Assembly (NCBI RefSeq): GCF_009914755.1
Contig: NC_060926.1
Length of the DNA stretch: 64,000 bases
Source: the human T2T-CHM13v2.0 reference genome, Homo sapiens
Direction: 5' to 3' (one strand)
Shown: positions 60,157 to 64,000 of the stretch, piece by piece
Position numbering within the stretch: the stretch's first letter is position 1
How the letters are laid out: each line of letters opens with the position of its first letter
Program-made: the position numbers and the translations under genes
The notes under the pieces: model-generated
Seen by the model: only the letters and a program-made list of their open reading frames with translations
What the model was told of the DNA's origin: nothing
The model's database searches: none

Positions 60157-60716
60157 TACTCTGATTCTTAGCATAACCCTGAAATATCCATCTACCTTTA
60201 TGGTCCTTCTTTATTTTTCTAGTTTTATTGCTTTGGCCAAACCTCTAGGACTATCCCGGAGGGGTGCTTTCAGGCCTGCCACTGTGGCAATGCACAAACT
60301 TGGACATTTTCAGAAGTTCACTGAGCTTCAGATTCGCAAACTCTCCTTCCAGAGTCTGGTGCGAGAAACTGCTCAGAACTTCAAAACAGATCGTGCTTCC
60401 AGAACACAGCTATTGGTGTTTTGCGGGAAGTGAGGCCTATCTGCTTGGCCTTTTTGAAGACACCAACCTGTGTGCTAGTGGTGCCAAACATGTAACAATT
60501 ATGCCAAAATATATCCAGCCCGCACTCCAGATATATGGAGGGCATGCTTAAGAATCTGTTATGATGGGGAACATTTCATTCTCAAAAAAAAAAAAAAATC
60601 TTCTTTCTGTTATTGGTAGTTCTGACCATTAGATTTTCCCCCCCAAGGGATCAAAAGGTACCTAAATATATGATTGCATGTGGAAAAATAGGACAGAAAC
60701 ATCAGGTATTGGCAAT

Positions 60717-61471
<755 letters not shown>

Positions 61472-61722
61472 TCATGTGAATTTTTAATATAAATGTGGGC
61501 ACATAAAGCATTCAAGAAAGAATGTTTCAGTGCATACGTTTTAGCAGTTCACCTTTATAACAATTATAAATAAACCTGTTAAATTTTTCTGGACAATGTC
61601 AGCACTTGAATATTTTTTATAACAAATAAATGTCTTATTGACTAAATGGTATTTGCAGCATTTTTACCATACAGTAGATTCCACGCACTCACTATACTTT
61701 TCTGAGCCCTACATGCAAGTAC

Positions 61723-61881
61723 TTTTTTTTTTTTTTTTTTTTGAGACAGAGTTTTGCTGTTGTTGCCCAGGCTGGAGTGCAATGGCGTGATCTGCAACTT
61801 CTAACTCCCGGGTTCAAGTGATTCTCCTGCCTCAGCCTCACGAGTAGCTGGGATTACAGGCGTGAGCCTCACACTCAGCCA
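61723..61881 (-). mobile_element. Monomeric Alu (inter-arm recombinant) in the H3.3 pseudogene 3' UTR
   Basis: Right-arm sequence switches to the left-arm end at the shared gctgggattacaggc. Confidence 0.75.
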
Positions 61882-62156
61882 CAGATACATATTTTTAATG
61901 TTGTCTGTCTTCTGTGCAATTCCTGTATGTTTGTTATTAAAATACATTAGGCTATAAATAAATAAATACACTATTGGATACCATCAACATATTTTATTCT
62001 GAATTTTCAAATATGAAATAGCCTTATAGTTTTGTGTGTGTGTGTTTCTGCCATCCTCCTCTGACTTTGTAATAAAGATTAGAGCAGTCTTATAGCAAAG
62101 GAGGAACTCATTTCTATTTGCTGGGGTAATTTATGTATGTCAAGAGATTATCTATC

Positions 62157-62464
62157 TTTTTTTTTTTTTTTTTTTTTTTTTTTCTGAGAAGAGTCTCACT
62201 CTGTCACCCAGGCTGGAGTGCAACGACATAATCTCAGCTCGTTGCAACCTCCGCCTGCGGGGTTCAAGTGATTCTCCTGCCTCAGCCTCCTGAGTAGCTG
62301 GGATTACAGGCATGGGCCACTACACCCGGCTAATTTTTGTATTTTTAGTAGAGACAGGGTTTCACTATGTTGGCCAGGCTGGTCTTGAACTCCTGATCTT
62401 GTGATCCACCCACCTTGGCCTTCCAAAGTGCTGGGATTACAGGTGTGAGCTACCACACCCAGCC
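62157..62464 (-). mobile_element. AluS within an old antisense L1M region
   Basis: Full dimer; TSD ctatct. Confidence 0.9.
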
Positions 62465-64000
62465 CTATCTCATCCTTAAAAGTGGGTAGAGCTTATCTGT
62501 AAAACCATCTGAGCCTAGGGCTTTTCAGAAAGGTTTTTGATTATATTGTAATTCTTAATTGAATACTTGACAAAACAGTTTGTTATTTATTCTGTTCCAG
62601 TCTTGGAATTTTGTATTTTTTCAGAATTGTATCAATTTTAGTAGGCCTCCAAATTATAATTCTTCATAATAGTATTAGTCTCAAACTTTTCATAGCCTGT
62701 GGCTTTCAGCATTTAATGCATGGTTTTATCTTCTCTTTTTTTTCTCCACCAGGCTCATCAGACATTTATATATTTTGTTAACCTTTTCAAAAAACCAGCT
62801 TGGTCAACGTCTTGTTGTTGATAAACACTATTTCTCACATTTCTGAACTTATGTATATATTTTCCTTTTTTCCAGATTTCTCTATTGAAAAATTAGCTTC
62901 AAGAATGTTTCAAAAGTGATTTAGGAATAAGCCATCTGAAGCCTTATATACCTGATACTATTTTTATTTTACTTTTATTTAAATGATAGTTTGTTGAAGT
63001 TCTTTCCCATCAACACTTTAAAATATTACTTTGTTGTCTTTTTCTTCTTCTTCTTTTTTTTTTTTCAGTAGAGATGAGGTCACGCTATGTTCCCTAGGCT
63101 GGTCTCAAAGTCCTAGGCTCAAGCAGTCCTCCCACCTTGGCCTCCCAAAGTGCTGGAATTACAGGTATGAGCCATCATGCCCTGCCAACGTCATTGTCTT
63201 CTTGTATCCGGTTTTGTTATCGAGGTTTTTTTGTCATTCTAATTCTTTTTCTCTTTTCGTTGATCTAGTTTTTCTTTATACATGTTTTGAGAATGTTCTC
63301 TTTGTCATTAATGTTCTTAAATTTCACTACCATGTATCTAGGTGAGAGTTCCTTTTTGTATTTGTCTTGTTTAACACTTGGCTTATTTTTCAATCTAAGT
63401 TTTGTATTTTCTTTATTTCTAAAAAATTCTCAGTCATCTTACCTCCAAATATAGCCTCCCTTCACTATTTGCTTCCCCCTTCTGGTTCCAAATTCAGCCC
63501 TCCTAACCAGTACACTATCCACCTGCTCTGAGAAGGTCAGCTTCGTTGCCCTTATCTGTTTGGGTATGGCTTCCTTCTACCACACCGTGAAAGGCAGGGG
63601 TAGAGTGCTGTTTTGTCTTTGGACTCCTGGGGCATCAGTACCCACCGTGTGCTAAACGAATGAATGAACTAAGAGAATGGAGAGGTGGAGGTGGCCACAG
63701 GGCTGGAGTCAGAGGTGCTGTGGAGCCAGGGCGGGAGCCCAGCTTCATGACTGTGCTGCGTCACACTCAGGCGCATGACCTCTACTGGGGCTGCAGCCCC
63801 TTAAGCAGACCCCTCCCTGTGGGAGTCTTACTGCTCGTATGTTATATATATATTTCCTTTCAATAGGGGCATCCAAAGTCTTAACCCAAAGCGGGCACCG
63901 TTCCCTGGCAGCCTGGTGGCAGGGAGGCGGGAGAGATATGTTCCAAGCCCCTCAAATGGCCCACTTAGGCAGTCATGTAGAATCTCGAGAAATACTCCCT

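Noticed and set aside
60584-60598. A-run after the H3.3 stop as the retrocopy poly(A) end
   Set aside because: This A-run is, from recall, native to the H3-3A 3' UTR, and homology continues to ~61956.

Overview
Primate (most likely human) genomic DNA. It holds the 3' half of YPEL5 on the + strand: a probable 61-nt 5'-UTR exon, two coding exons (6905-7045 and 8872-9096, 121 aa) and a ~1.7-kb 3' UTR ending near 10790. The remaining ~53 kb is repeat-rich intergenic DNA; from recall, YPEL5 is at 2p23.1 and this region runs toward LBH. No other protein-coding gene is supported, and almost all ORFs in the track come from Alus, LTRs or low-complexity sequence. Two retrocopies are present. One is an H/ACA snoRNA (SNORA10-like) retroposed together with the preceding RPS2 exon end, splice donor and intron start, bounded by a 16-bp TSD. 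The other is a 5'-truncated H3-3A processed pseudogene broken by nested MST and Alu insertions. Structural oddities: an Alu-insertion-coupled ~440-bp tandem duplication; a near-abutting inverted AluY pair; a four-layer L1>Alu>LTR9-like>AluY nest with two octamer motifs; a 50-bp unique-sequence inverted repeat; a locally templated LTR patchwork; a pre-miRNA-sized fold-back hairpin; and a stop-free 165-nt YPEL5 exon flanked by inverted Alus. Repeat subfamily names come from remembered consensus sequences, and many repeat boundaries are approximate. I cannot demonstrate a new biological system; the best leads are listed as findings.
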